Numbered from the whole stretch's first letter, positions 50,625-61,872 are shown. The stretch: DNA of 61,872 bases, filler included, from Choristocarpus tenellus KU-1152 (GCA_964200185.2; 9 parts of 9 records of this genome joined end to end with filler, not necessarily neighbours in it); one strand, 5' to 3'. Numbers and translations are program-made. Notes: a model not told the origin generated them from the letters alone.

Positions 50625-50882
50625 GAGCCAAAGTATCTTAGAGGGTAGAGCCGCGTCCATTTCGGGGTCAAATTCGAATGTTCCGATTTTGATGTAATTT
50701 TGACTATCATGTTTTTGAGGAAGTGTCGATATCCTTGTTCCAGACACACCTTTTCATCACGTGCAAATTTTACCTACTCCGAAACATATCGGAGTAGGAA
50801 AAAGTCATAAAACACCTGTGGAAAGCCAAGTCCCAAATGGACAAACAGGGCAAAAATCGTACCCTCTAAGATACTTTCACTC
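50625..50882 (+). mobile_element. MITE family B copy, complete (258 bp)
   Basis: GAGCCAAAGTATCTTAGAGGGTA...TACCCTCTAAGATACTTTCACTC, TSD GGAA/GGAA. Confidence 0.95.
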
Positions 50883-51750
50883 GGAATTGAGCGGGAATCG
50901 AAAATGCGAGAGGCAATGGAGTCAGAGGAGTGGCCCTTGTGGAATGGGGCTGTGGACGGGGTAATGGGCATACAAAACAGACATTCAAAGACCCAGTTTA
51001 CTTACTCATTAAGTTGGGACAAGGTTTTCGACCGGGGCAGATGGATGGGAAAGGGAGAGTGCAGAGGTCCAAGGCGGGGGTAGGACGATTGGAAGGAGAA
51101 AGAGAATGGAGCAGGAGGGACCTGTTCTACACAACTGCAGATCTATGATCGGTGGTATCTATATGTGGGTATCAATCATGACGAGGACTGATGTAGCATC
51201 AGCAGTAAGGAGCCTAGCGATGCAGTTTGTGAATCCCACTGTCATGGATTGGAAAGGGGCGGAAAGAATGATTGCATATTTGTTGAGGACCAGTAAGAGG
51301 GGTTTGATTTTTGGTAATTTCAGTTTTATGGTGTTGAACCTAGGGACCAACTCATTGGCTATGCTGAAACAGACTACGCCAATTGTGAGATTTCAAAATT
51401 TTCTGTGTCTGGTGGCGTGGTAGTCTTTGGGGGTACATGTGTGAGTCGGTGGTCTAAAATGCAGAAAACTGTTGCTCTATCTACCACTGAGGCTGAGTAT
51501 GTGCCGTTGTGTGATTTGGCCAAGGAGGTTACGTTTTTGCAGCAAGTCCAATTTTTTGGAGTCAACTATGCACAAGTATTGTGTGCGGTTGCTTGAAGGC
51601 AATAGCGGGGCAATCAAGTTGGCTGAGAAGACCGTTTCGAGGGGTAGGACAAAACATATAGATATTAGATATCATTATGTAAGGAACTTGGTGAGGGAGG
51701 GGAAGGCACATGCTGTCTATGTTTGAATTCCACTCTAGAACTATCATGCA
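50883..51750 (+). mobile_element. Ty1/Copia retrotransposon relic (RT C-terminus and RNase H)
   Basis: RSMIGG..TRTDVASAV..SVSGGVVVFGG..WSKMQKTVALSTTEAEY..GNSGAIKLA..RTKHIDIRYHYVR, with frameshifts. Confidence 0.93.
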
Positions 51751-52329
51751 CCGTGAGTAGGGGGTAGTGTGCAGATTGAATTAATTAGATTCTTGCTGCA
51801 TGGACAGAGCAGGGGAGTGTCAAGATTTTGCTTGTCCATGTGTTGGAATAAGATTCGAAGTGTGCAGATTGAGTTGATTTCAATATGGGATTTATTGTTG
51901 GATTGATTTGATTCTCACTGCATACACAGTCAGAGCAGGGGAGTGTGCCAAGATTATGCTCGACCATTTGTGAATAAGATTCGAAGTAATATTTTATGTA
52001 CGCACAGACGATGATGCGGGACATTAAGGATATTTAGGCGGGGTATTTGACAAGAAGTAATTGGCGGAATATTAGAGTCAGAGTGTTTCTGACATGTGCT
52101 AGAGAACTGTTGAGTCATTTGGTATTCTGAGTCATTTACTGGAAGGTTTGGTGAGCCCTATCTAGTGATGGTGTCTCACTCTCTTCTCAACTGTGATACA
52201 AGCTAATAAACAATAATATAACTGGTTGNNNNNNNNNNNNNNNNNNNNNNNNNNNNNNNNNNNNNNNNNNNNTTAATTAATTAANNNNNNNNNNNNNNNN
52301 NNNNNNNNNNNNNNNNNNNNNNNNNNNNA

Positions 52330-52388
52330 TCTCAAGCCCCAAATGGACAAATAGGGAAAAACTCGTACCCTCTAAGATACTTTCACTC
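52330..52388 (+). mobile_element. Family B long-spacer terminus at a contig start
   Basis: CCCCAAATGGAC-26bp-AGATACTTTCACTC. Confidence 0.85.
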
Positions 52389-53026
52389 TTCCTGGAGGCA
52401 CCTTCAATGATGCTGCTGTCATTTTATCTGATATCAGGCAAAGGGTTAAAAGAGCTTAGAGTTGCTTCCACATGTACAGTCGAGAGTTCACGTTCAGGTC
52501 CTCAGGTGCATCACTTGAGCTCAAGATCCGAATGCTCAAGGGTGAGTACCCGAGTTTCCGTTATGTGGTTGCATGACATGGACACATCCACTATAGGTAC
52601 TACTACTAGTTCATACTATGAAGGCGCGATCAAGAAACAAGGCAACTACAGTAGCGTAATTGTCTAAATACTGCTCCATTTTTTGCTCTTACTCTGGTTT
52701 ATTGAATTATGGAGGTAGGAGTTAAGTGTACCACATACGAAACAGTTACCGATTTTTTTAACCTGTAAGTACATGTATCGTATGTTTGCACAATCACAGA
52801 TACTTTGCAGGTAAATGCTGTCATATGTGAGGGAATGAGGAAAACGTACCAGTAATGTGAAGAAATTCAACAATCATGAACACAACAGGGTCTGTGTTGT
52901 GCACAGGAAAGTCATCGGGGTATACGAACAAGTGTTGTAGGATATTTGAAACAAGGAAACAAGAAAACCAAATGAGGCAACTAGAGCTGAAACTCCTCGT
53001 AGACTGAAAATGCAAGAAATGTTATT

Positions 53027-53291
53027 GAGCCAAAGTAAACGAGAGGTACGCAGTTTTTGTGGCGATTTGCATTTTAAGTTTGTTTTTCAGTCATTCCAAC
53101 TCACCCACATTTCTATGGATGAAAGTTCTCTAAGTTTGACCTGAGAGAGGGTTCCTTTTTCTATTGCTTGAAAAATTTCTGACACACAGTTCACAAAATT
53201 CCTACAAACATTTGTAAAAAAAGTCGAATTTGTACATTTTTGTCACCAACCTCAAAATGAAACTCTCGGTATCACTCCTTTACTTTGACTC
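53027..53291 (+). mobile_element. MITE family C copy, complete (265 bp)
   Basis: GAGCCAAAGTAAA...TTTACTTTGACTC, flanked by GTTATT/GTTATT. Confidence 0.88.
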
Positions 53292-55354
53292 GTTATTGAT
53301 ATCTCTTCTGTCATTTGGCTTATTTTCTTCACAATAATCGTTGCATCAACCATTTATGTATTCTTGCTGGTCAAGAAATATCATAAATCCTTCGTTTGGA
53401 ATAAATTGTATAAATTTTACAGTCCCAATGAAGAAGCAAGATTTTTTTAACATCTTCATATTTTGTGCATGTAATGTGCACACACAAAAAAGGTTGCCCA
53501 CCAAAATCTCAACCAAAATGGGGCAGCCTACACCTGTCTATGATTCCGCCCCCTAAACCCTCCAGAACTCCATTCCAGCACTGTAATTTGCCACGTCCAC
53601 TGACTGGACTATTTACGACCATACATAATGGGTACTGCTGCAACCCTATCACAACACAGATGTGTGTGGGTAACCAGGGGGGACTATTAAGGGAGAAGAG
53701 AAAGGGAAGTGTTCCACCAAATGGTGGTCACTCATCTTGCTCCAGCACCACCTGGAGAAAAGGAGCAGGAAGGGGACGTGCCTTGTGTGAACCAGGGGTG
53801 CTGTATCAGGGTGGAAAGGGACGGAGAAGATCCAGCAGCAAGCAGTCACATACACATTGCTCCAGCTTCACCAGGCGGAAAGGTACAGGGTGAGAATGTC
53901 CGGGGGAAATATGAGGGGCGGTGGGATGAGAGGAAGAAACTCCCCCCAGCTAGCCATCATGATACGATTCTGTAGTAACAGAAGGAAAGGGGCAGGGGGA
54001 GTCTGCACCTGGGTGGCGGGGGTGGAATGTAATGGGGGTGGACTGTGAGAGGAAGGGTCTGTGCCTCTCTCTGAGTATAAACAAACCTACCTGAACACAA
54101 AATTTGTGATCGTGGGGCATACGCGCAACTACGAAATAAATGTGAAAGCAACATAGCCGACGGCACTGCCAGACAGAATGAAAATGGTTTCACACTGTGG
54201 GTCAACCGTCCCCTCAATAAGTTTACCAAACCTACTACAAGTAGAAAAAGGGAAGGGTGTGTCTCTGTATTTTCAAATATCTACCTACACGCCTTAAAGA
54301 TGACTTCTACTATGTATTAATATACCCTAAAAATATATATATATTGATATACCTACATTTTACCACATGAGTATGTCGGTCATGTGTTCATAAGACTGGA
54401 TTATTGGATTAAAGATGATGGAGATTTGTGGCGTGTGGCGTTCTAAATAGAAGCATTTTAATATAGTTGGGAGTGGGGTGTCGGATACCCCGCAACTCGC
54501 AATTTGTTTATTATATTGAATAAGGTATCTGGAATCGGTTCTTGTCTGGGGGGGGATGTTTAGGCTTATGATGTCAATATGAAGAAGAATTAGAATAGCC
54601 CGATAAAGGAATCTGATATCCAACATTACTCCACAAACCACAAAAGGTAAAACAACCATAACAACCAAAAAAGCAGAGGATGTGTTATTATGCAGATCTG
54701 TATTTTGCTTTATATAAATCTACAATATTCCATTGATATTGGTAAGAATATATGTATATTACTATGAGGATCTAGTAGGTTTAATTTTTTCTTTGTGAAA
54801 TGGTTCTGTTCCCAAACACCCATACAATGAAAAAGACGGATTACAACTCTAGACTACAAGATCCTAGAATAGGTAGGGTTTGAAATGTAATACAAAAAAT
54901 GTTGAGATAAATAGGAGTATTTTCATCGGGGGGGTATCAAGCAATTCAGAATTTTTTCCGTCGTCTTCAAACCAATCCTCATCCAGCATAGCGGTATGAG
55001 GCTATGCATGTACAGTATACCTAGATATAAATTCAATAACTGATAGACTAGTGGTTTCCACACTTACAATGTTTGTTTTATAGAGTTCTTATGTTTAGGA
55101 TATTTTATTTATTTAGGGCTAATAAAGACATATATTTTTTTATTATTATGCCCTCTGACATTTTGCAGATGTGTGAGGGGGGAAACCAATGAAAACTATA
55201 TATNNNNNNNNNNNNNNNNNNNNNNNNNNNNNNNNNNNNNNNNNNNNTTAATTAATTAANNNNNNNNNNNNNNNNNNNNNNNNNNNNNNNNNNNNNNNNN
55301 NNNGGGTAATATCAAGAACTTGCACACAATAGAGAAAAACGCACCCACCCACCT

Positions 55355-57441
55355 GCAGGCCTGCCAGCCAAGAAGGAAAGTAACCCCGTGGGATTCCTTC
55401 CTTAGGATTGCCGGAGGAGGCCACCAGTCTCCTGCACACTTAGGAGGGTTAGGTCAGTCAATCCATAGTGAGAATGAAGGGGGATGGGTTGGTGGCAGGG
55501 GTGCACATACCCAGGCAGGAGAGGAGACAGACTGCAATGAGGAGGGGGGGAGGGGGGGAAAAGAAAGGAGGCAGTTTCAATAAAGGGTGGGGTATCTGCT
55601 CACTTAGTTCAGGTCATAAAGTAAGAAGGTGTATGTAATGCTTCTTCAGTGGTGACACTTTGAAAATAATCGGGCAATCATTCTCTTCCTACAGCTAGGA
55701 ATCCTGTATATACCACATTACAAAGAGTGTGCAGGACAAACTAACCCATGCTCAGAATCTACTGAAAAGGCCATGCCATACTTTCCATTTCTCAAGCAAC
55801 CTCTTGAAGCAGAATGTTGCCATTTTATCCCTGTCCCATCAAACCCACTGCATAGTTCTTCCTCAAAATCAGCACCCACCAGCGACCCTGCAGCTTTCCC
55901 ATACTGATATCATCATAGTCGTCTGTTGTGTCAATTGCCTCCAGAGCACCTTACATGAGCATCGATGTTGACAACATACATATTTAAGCAAGTTTGGCAT
56001 TGAATGGAGAACTTGATGGGGGGGATTGGGGGTGTGTGGTACTACGGCAATTGCCCCAAAGCGCGCCCCTCTAAATTGTTCTCATTTACATAGTGCTGTT
56101 ATGGGTTTGCTGCAAGTCATGTCCTGGCACCGTGGTTGTGATTCAGAAAACAGGAATTGGGAAGAAAAGGGAAGGCGGGCATTGAGACAACAAGCAACGC
56201 CTGATGAACCAAGAGGTCCTGTTAGCATTGATGGACAAGTAGATTCCAAGCTTCCAGGGAATGGTAAATGATTGCTCTGTGGACGTTTGCTTCGGATTGG
56301 GAGCAGTTGGACGTGGCATCCTTAGTGCACACGAACTAAGATGACGTCGTACGAAGCACAGTGTCGTTGCTGTAGAGGTACTCTACGATCATCAGCAGCA
56401 GGTGGAGCGTTGCATACCATTTGATATCGATGCAACAGAAACACATCTAGTTACGCCCTCGATCGATTGATTATACAGATAAAAAAATAAGCAATCCTAC
56501 TATGGTGGTGTTCCAATACGATCCTATGGGACATGGTTGAGGTCCGGTTTGTGGTTGGGAACGGTCTTGTATGAGGCAATGAATCGTACAACACCTCAAT
56601 CATCAAGGAATTCACAGTAGGTTACATCTCCAATAACTTTGCAATTTTTTTGTTGCTCATCTGGCAAGGTTTCTTCAGCAAGAAATTCAGAGCGCCGCTA
56701 TCGCCGGATGGTAAATACTAATACTACTTCCTACCCATATCTACATCAACGAATTGCTGGTTGTCTTCAAGGCACTACACATCTGCAGGTCACCACCTAA
56801 AGAAAATAATCTGTTTACTGCCTCCTCTTGAACAGCGCAAGTCCTGCATTGACTAGGAATCCCATATGCTAAGGTACTCACCTAGAACATCATCTGATGA
56901 AGGTCTGCCCGTGCACACTGTATTGGTTGAAGGGATAGAAGTGTGAGGTCATTTGCAGTAGTAGAAGCATATCCTCTACTACCAGTGCCCAACAAGGCTT
57001 GCGAAGAAAGTTAATCTAAAGAGGAAAACTCACTGACGGGATGCAGAATTTCGAGTGAACCTGTTCCAGGGGAGACTAGTACAATAGAGTCAGTTCGCTT
57101 CCCCGAATAGGAGTAGATCAAGATGTTACAGAATGCATTTGATGGCTTCAATTCTATGGCTTCAATTCTGGAAAATAGACCATTAACCATGCTGAGTGCT
57201 TCTTCATCACTGACTCTTCAAAGCTCATGCCTGCATCTCGGAGAATCTCGCGGGGTTCCGCATTCGAGGCAGTTCCCTCTTCTCCAACTGCTTTCCTGGT
57301 GATGGATTGTGTTTTGTACTCCTGGAAAGATTGTCTTCTGGATGCGGAGGTTGTAGTAATGACAAAACCGTCCACAAGGAAGGCACATGTCATGCATACC
57401 GCACAGACAAGAGATATCGCCCCCTTGGCGAAGATCATCAT
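55355..57441 (-). CDS. Multi-exon gene for a protein with a signal peptide and probable plastid transit peptide; function unknown, exon chain unresolved
   Basis: First exon MMIFAKGAISLVCAVCMTCAFLVDG-FVITTTSASRR has a hydrophobic leader, Phe at +1 and an S/T/R-rich stretch (ASAFAP-type). Several short AG/GT-bounded open segments lie downstream (e.g. ALEAIDTTDDYDDISMGKLQGRW, RLVASSGNPKEGIPRGYFPSWLAGLQ). Confidence 0.5.
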
Positions 57442-57642
57442 TGCGATGGAGGGGACGTTAACTTATCTATGGGATATTACGTATTACCCAAGAATTGAAG
57501 TTCAGCATATTACTACCTATACAACTAGAAATAGGGTTAGGGAAGTCAAACGATCAACTTCGATCAAAGTGTATCATGTTTCAAAAAACATGTCACTTGT
57601 GTCATAGACCAGATTATCCTCGATCACAGACATGACACCTTT

Positions 57643-58614
57643 ATGAAGGTCATGAACTCAGCTTCCCTCTCAATCAACCGCGAACGATTGTGCCGTCAAT
57701 GTCAGACGCCACCAATCAAACTACTTCTTCGCTTGTTGTCTTTTTCGTGCTGCACAGTAAGAGGGCTTAAACTTCCTGTGTCTTCCGCAACTTCGACAAG
57801 AGGAGATTTCCTGCGGAATGTTGGGGCTTTCACAGCGGCTACCTGGAGCGCAGCTATGCGGCCTAACCCTTCCAATGCTATAGTCGAGACTGAAGACACG
57901 ATGGGTACCCTCGCCAATCGCATTCGCTCCCGATCCTTCGACAAGCAGCTGTTCAATCTTCCTCCCAACGAGACTAAGTACCCAGCTTGGATGGAGGGCA
58001 CCTGGGACGTCAAGGCCAGCTTCAATGGGTACATTTTCCCCAATACCAAGGTCCCCAAGTCGACAGTGGTGGAGAACGAGGACACGCCAGGTTTTTTTGT
58101 TGTGTCTAGACTAATCTTTACTGGTGTCACCCTGCCTCCCAGATTGAACCTGATTGGTGATGCGAGATAAGTGTGCTTCGGGCGTACAGATAAGGAAATA
58201 TTGCGAAAAAGATCATAAGGTAACAAAACAAGGGAAGTTGCCGCGTAGTCCTTGCGGATCAGATTCTGCAGCCTTTTATGCTACCTTTGACTTCCGGTGT
58301 GTGATTAATGTTAGCGACAGCAATACACTCACATACCTCCACAGCTTTGACCCTTACCTCATCCTTACCGTTGAAGGTTTCCAGCAAATGTCGATCTTGT
58401 CCCTGGCTGACATTGGCCCGCCTAAGGCTTCCTTCAAGATGCGTTTTACCGGTCGCCAAGCTTCTAAAGGGGGCAGTGGTGACAGTCCCAATGATGTCAA
58501 TGGTGTGTACGAAGATATTCTATTTAACACCAGGGAGGCCGAAGCTGGCTGGCTGGGGAAAGATGCCCCGGAGATAACCTCATTAGAGTTCGAGTCGAAG
58601 AGGAATCCCAACAG
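57643..58614 (+). CDS. DUF6816-like plastid (probably thylakoid-lumen) protein, 3'-partial. Exons 57643-58090, 58377-58614
   Basis: Phase-1 splice gives ..KYPAWMEGTWDV..PG|FQ..FKMRF..VYEDILFN..WLG..NPNR, resembling the cyanobacterial/algal DUF6816 pattern (YPxWxxGxW, PGF, FxVRF, DRxFN, PNR). The N-terminus has a hydrophobic leader and STRGDFL plus an Ala-rich segment. Confidence 0.72.
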
Positions 58615-58751
58615 GTTTGACATGATCTGAGTTTCAGTCAGTGACAGATTCTGGTCTAGGATGCTGTATCCCAGTATTAACTACGGTGTCACTGTTGCGT
58701 GTGGTTCACATATGAGGGAGAGAAAGAGGAGTCAGCTTGAGGATAGCAGAA

Positions 58752-58967
58752 GGGTCAAATTATCTGGGGGGGGNNNNNNNNNNNNNNNNNNNNNNNNNNN
58801 NNNNNNNNNNNNNNNNNTTAATTAATTAANNNNNNNNNNNNNNNNNNNNNNNNNNNNNNNNNNNNNNNNNNNNCATCCGACATATGCAACCAAGTAACCA
58901 AAAAATCGCGACATGTAAAAATTGACCCCAAATGGACAGCCGCCACCCCCCCTAGATATTTTGAGCC
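58752..58967 (+). mobile_element. MITE family A sequence on both sides of the gap
   Basis: GGGTCAAATTATCT-polyG before the gap, and ..CCCCAAATGGAC-16bp-AGATATTTTGAGCC after it. Confidence 0.85.
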
Positions 58968-59343
58968 GGACGCAGGAGGTCACCATTCTGCAGCACTTTC
59001 CCTGGTATCTGTGCAAATTCTTCGATTTATCTGCTGTTTTATTTTGCTAGAGTTACAATGTTCGATGTGTTTTTGTCTGTTTTCCATTGAGACTACCCTT
59101 GTGATTTGTGTGAGCGATGAGTCTATCAGGGTGTTAGCGAATGATATCCCTTCAGAACCCAAGACTGTAATAGCAGTACATAGTTCTCCTGAATGTTATT
59201 TTTAGGGTCGATCTATAACAGAAGAGATCTCTGGTTTGTTTTTTGAAGGACAGTTGGGTGGAAGCCGCGTTACTCCCTGGATGCAGGGTACTGACACCAA
59301 ATAGATTTAACAGCACAAGTTCAATAAATTTGATAAAGTAATG

Positions 59344-60720
59344 AGATACAAGGCATGCCTGGTGGAAACAGGATTTTTGTAAGATTAAGGATTCAAATTA
59401 CTGTGATACTCTCTTGCCTTGGTGCCATGGCCTGTACGTCTAAGAATAGTTTTGGCACTAGCCAGAGGCAAGGATTCATGGATTGGGAAGCAGAATTGTA
59501 TTAGATCAGAAGTCGTAGAGGAAATATATGTTCATTTCTTTGATGGATGTAATTTGTGATCAGGAAAGATTGTACGTTTTGTGAAAGCTCTTTATGGCAC
59601 CAAACAGACTAGCAGGGAGTTTAATTATATATTGGTGCGTGTTTCGGAACAGTGTGGTATCAAGCAATGCAGAGCAGATCCCTGCGTGTTAGACTATGTA
59701 CGAAATGATGTTGTTTGTGCGGTAATGGCCCTCACGTTGATGATCTTATGGTGGCAGTAATATCTGATGTCTTGATTCGGGTTCGTTCCAGGATCAATGA
59801 CCAGTTTTCTATTTAATATTTTGATGATATTGAGTACTGCATGGGTTGTGAGACATCACGTGACAGAATTGCAAAGACAGTCATAATTAGTTAGATTAAG
59901 TACATTAGGAGTATTTATCATAGATTTGGTATGGATGGGACAAAGAAAAGTTCGGTACCCATGATCTCTCAAGGGCTTCAAACAAGAATGAGGATCAACA
60001 AAGTGTTGACGAAAATATCCTGTACAGAGAGGCAGTTGGTAGCTTGACGCGGGCAGCTGTCATGACCAAGGCTAGATATTACTAATGCAGTTCGTGAGGT
60101 TGCCAAGTACATGTTATCGTCCAATTCGGTGCCGTTCTCACTCGGCAAACCCTAAGTTGCACATTGGTGTGCAGTCAAGTGTATTTTAGCATATTTGAAT
60201 ACGTGTCCCAGTGTTGGATTGAGTTTTGGTGGTTCTTGTATTGAATGTGAGTTAATTGCATATGCTGATGCTAGCTATGCTGGAGATTGTAATGATCGTA
60301 GATCAGTGACTGGAGGACCATACTGTTTGCCGGAGGAACAATATCTCGGATGTCAAAGGTCCAAAAGGTTTACCTCTGTCCTCAGTGGAGAGTGAGAATA
60401 TAGCCCTTAGCAATGAGTGTGGCACAGGAAATGCCTTTTCTTGCAAAGTGTGTTTTAGAGTTTATTCAGCCACAGTTCCCTAGCTGTTGCATTGACATGT
60501 TTGAGGACGATGATTGTGCACGCAAACTAGTTCGAAATGCCACTGGCTCTACTAGAACAAAGTGCATTGATGTTCGACACCATTTTCTGAGGGATTTAGC
60601 TAGAAAAAGTGAGATTTCGTGTTGTTTTCGTTGGTGTTGAAAACCAGAGGGTAGATTTGTTATTCAAGAATCTACCAGTAAGAGATTTTAAACAACGTGA
60701 AGTTACGAACATCTAGAGGG
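59344..60720 (+). mobile_element. Ty1/Copia retrotransposon relic (RT and RNase H)
   Basis: RYKACLV..G, KALYGTKQTSREFN, DPCV, HVDDLM, YREAVGSL, AYADASYAGDCNDRRSVTG, RTKCIDVRHHFLRD, with many stops and frameshifts. Confidence 0.93.
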
Positions 60721-60774
60721 AAAACATGTGGTTAGTATTTTTGGTTATTGGTAGAGAGTTAACGCTTGTTTTCA

Positions 60775-61592
60775 GCGAGGGGAGGATATTGAAAAGCTGG
60801 TGTTACACTTCCGTTGTGTGTGCTGATACAAGCGTATAACACTATTTGATACATGTTTATCTTTAGTTTGGTACAATACATAGTAATGTACATAGCGGTA
60901 TGATTGATTAGTCTTAGGTGGTACTTCAGAGATGAGATGGATGGCTAAGACAAAGGCCATCAGAAACCTAACAGTGTATGTTCCCTGCGTAACTCACTAG
61001 CAACTTCTGGCAACGAGCCTTTCCTGTGCGAAGCTATTCAACACCCAATGCATCCCAAAGGTGATGCTGGTCACCCAAAACCCTGATCAATGCAACCCCT
61101 TGTGGAGAGTCACCATGCCGCCTGGATCCCATGTGTTATCGGCATGAGACTCAACCATACGCAATGCACCTGAGCTGCAATCATCCACAATGTAGCCCCA
61201 TAATGGCCAAGAAGGTGGTACGAGAAGCACCTACAAGTTGTTCATCATTAGCCAATGGGCATGGAACTTCCCACGGTTAAGCAGGGGATGGAACCCCGCA
61301 CCATATCGCCAAGGCTATTCAAGCTTGGACCCCCTGTCTCTGTCGAGTATCATTAGATATCCTCTACGTATTGTTTACTGATACAAGAATGTAACATAGT
61401 TTTGTGTACGTTTATCTCTAGTTCGGTACAATGCAAAGTAGTAATGTGCATAGCGGTATGACGAGTCAGTATTTATTAAAACGTCAGTGATAACGGATGG
61501 CTGGCAGGCAATTAATAATTCAGCATTATGTTCACCATATTAGTCAACCAGCAGTTTCTGGCGACAAGCCTTTCCTGCGCAAAGCTATTCAA
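60775..61592 (+). repeat. Polypurine tract (60775-60786), probable 3' LTR from 60787, and a diverged ~220-bp direct repeat (60822-61041 vs 61378-61592)
   Basis: GCGAGGGGAGGA-TATTG follows the RNase H. Shared blocks CTGATACAAG, GTTTATCT..GTACAAT..CATAGCGGTATGA and TTCTGGC..AGCCTTTCCTG..AAGCTATTCAA. Confidence 0.6.
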
Positions 61593-61872
61593 AGGCTTCA
61601 CGATGTACTCCCTAGACCAGTACAGGACTGGAAACGTCTATTGTGAATCTGTTACAGGCGATACGTCTCGATGGCGGTTACTTACATAAACATCATTATG
61701 ACATTGAAGTTCTGGATTTGATGTATTTGTACTTCTTGATTATATATTATGTGGTTATTGTGGTACCCGATTGTGATAAGACATCATTGACCAGTTCCTT
61801 TTTATACGATGATATTGACGATAATCCAAGTGACAGATCCAGCATACTTGACGACTTGTGCATCAGGAGTCC

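Noticed and set aside
53620-53890. Possible isolated + strand exon
   Set aside because: Two frames are open with no motif and no partner exons; cannot be supported.

Overview
Intron-rich eukaryotic nuclear DNA, probably a photosynthetic stramenopile (inferred from bipartite plastid-type presequences, a DUF6816-like gene, a DUF2009 gene and TTAGGG repeats). The window is nine contigs joined by artificial N-TTAATTAATTAA-N spacers, so adjacency across those gaps is uncertain. Most ORFs in the supplied track are spurious. By following GT-AG sites and reading phase I rebuilt these spliced genes: a calcineurin-like metallophosphoesterase (+, 1623-8577), a large uncharacterised CxxC/coiled-coil protein (-, 14 exons, 21118-9355), the 3' part of a DUF2009/UPF0652 gene (-), the terminal exon of a USP-type deubiquitinase (+), a Ser/Arg-rich unknown gene (-) and a head-to-head pair of probably plastid-targeted genes. 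Mobile DNA is abundant: two decayed Copia RT/RNaseH relics, a chromodomain relic, and a DNA-transposon system, which is the most interesting signal here. It consists of three related MITE families (A, B, C) with G(A/G)NYCAAAGTA termini, plus an intron-containing Sola2-like transposase relic. Family B has bipartite ends in which a GTCCATTT box sits 16 bp from the terminal box at one end and 26 bp at the other. This one-helical-turn asymmetry recalls the RSS 12/23 rule. No CRISPR, rRNA or tRNA was found. All family assignments are motif recognition by eye and were not checked against databases.
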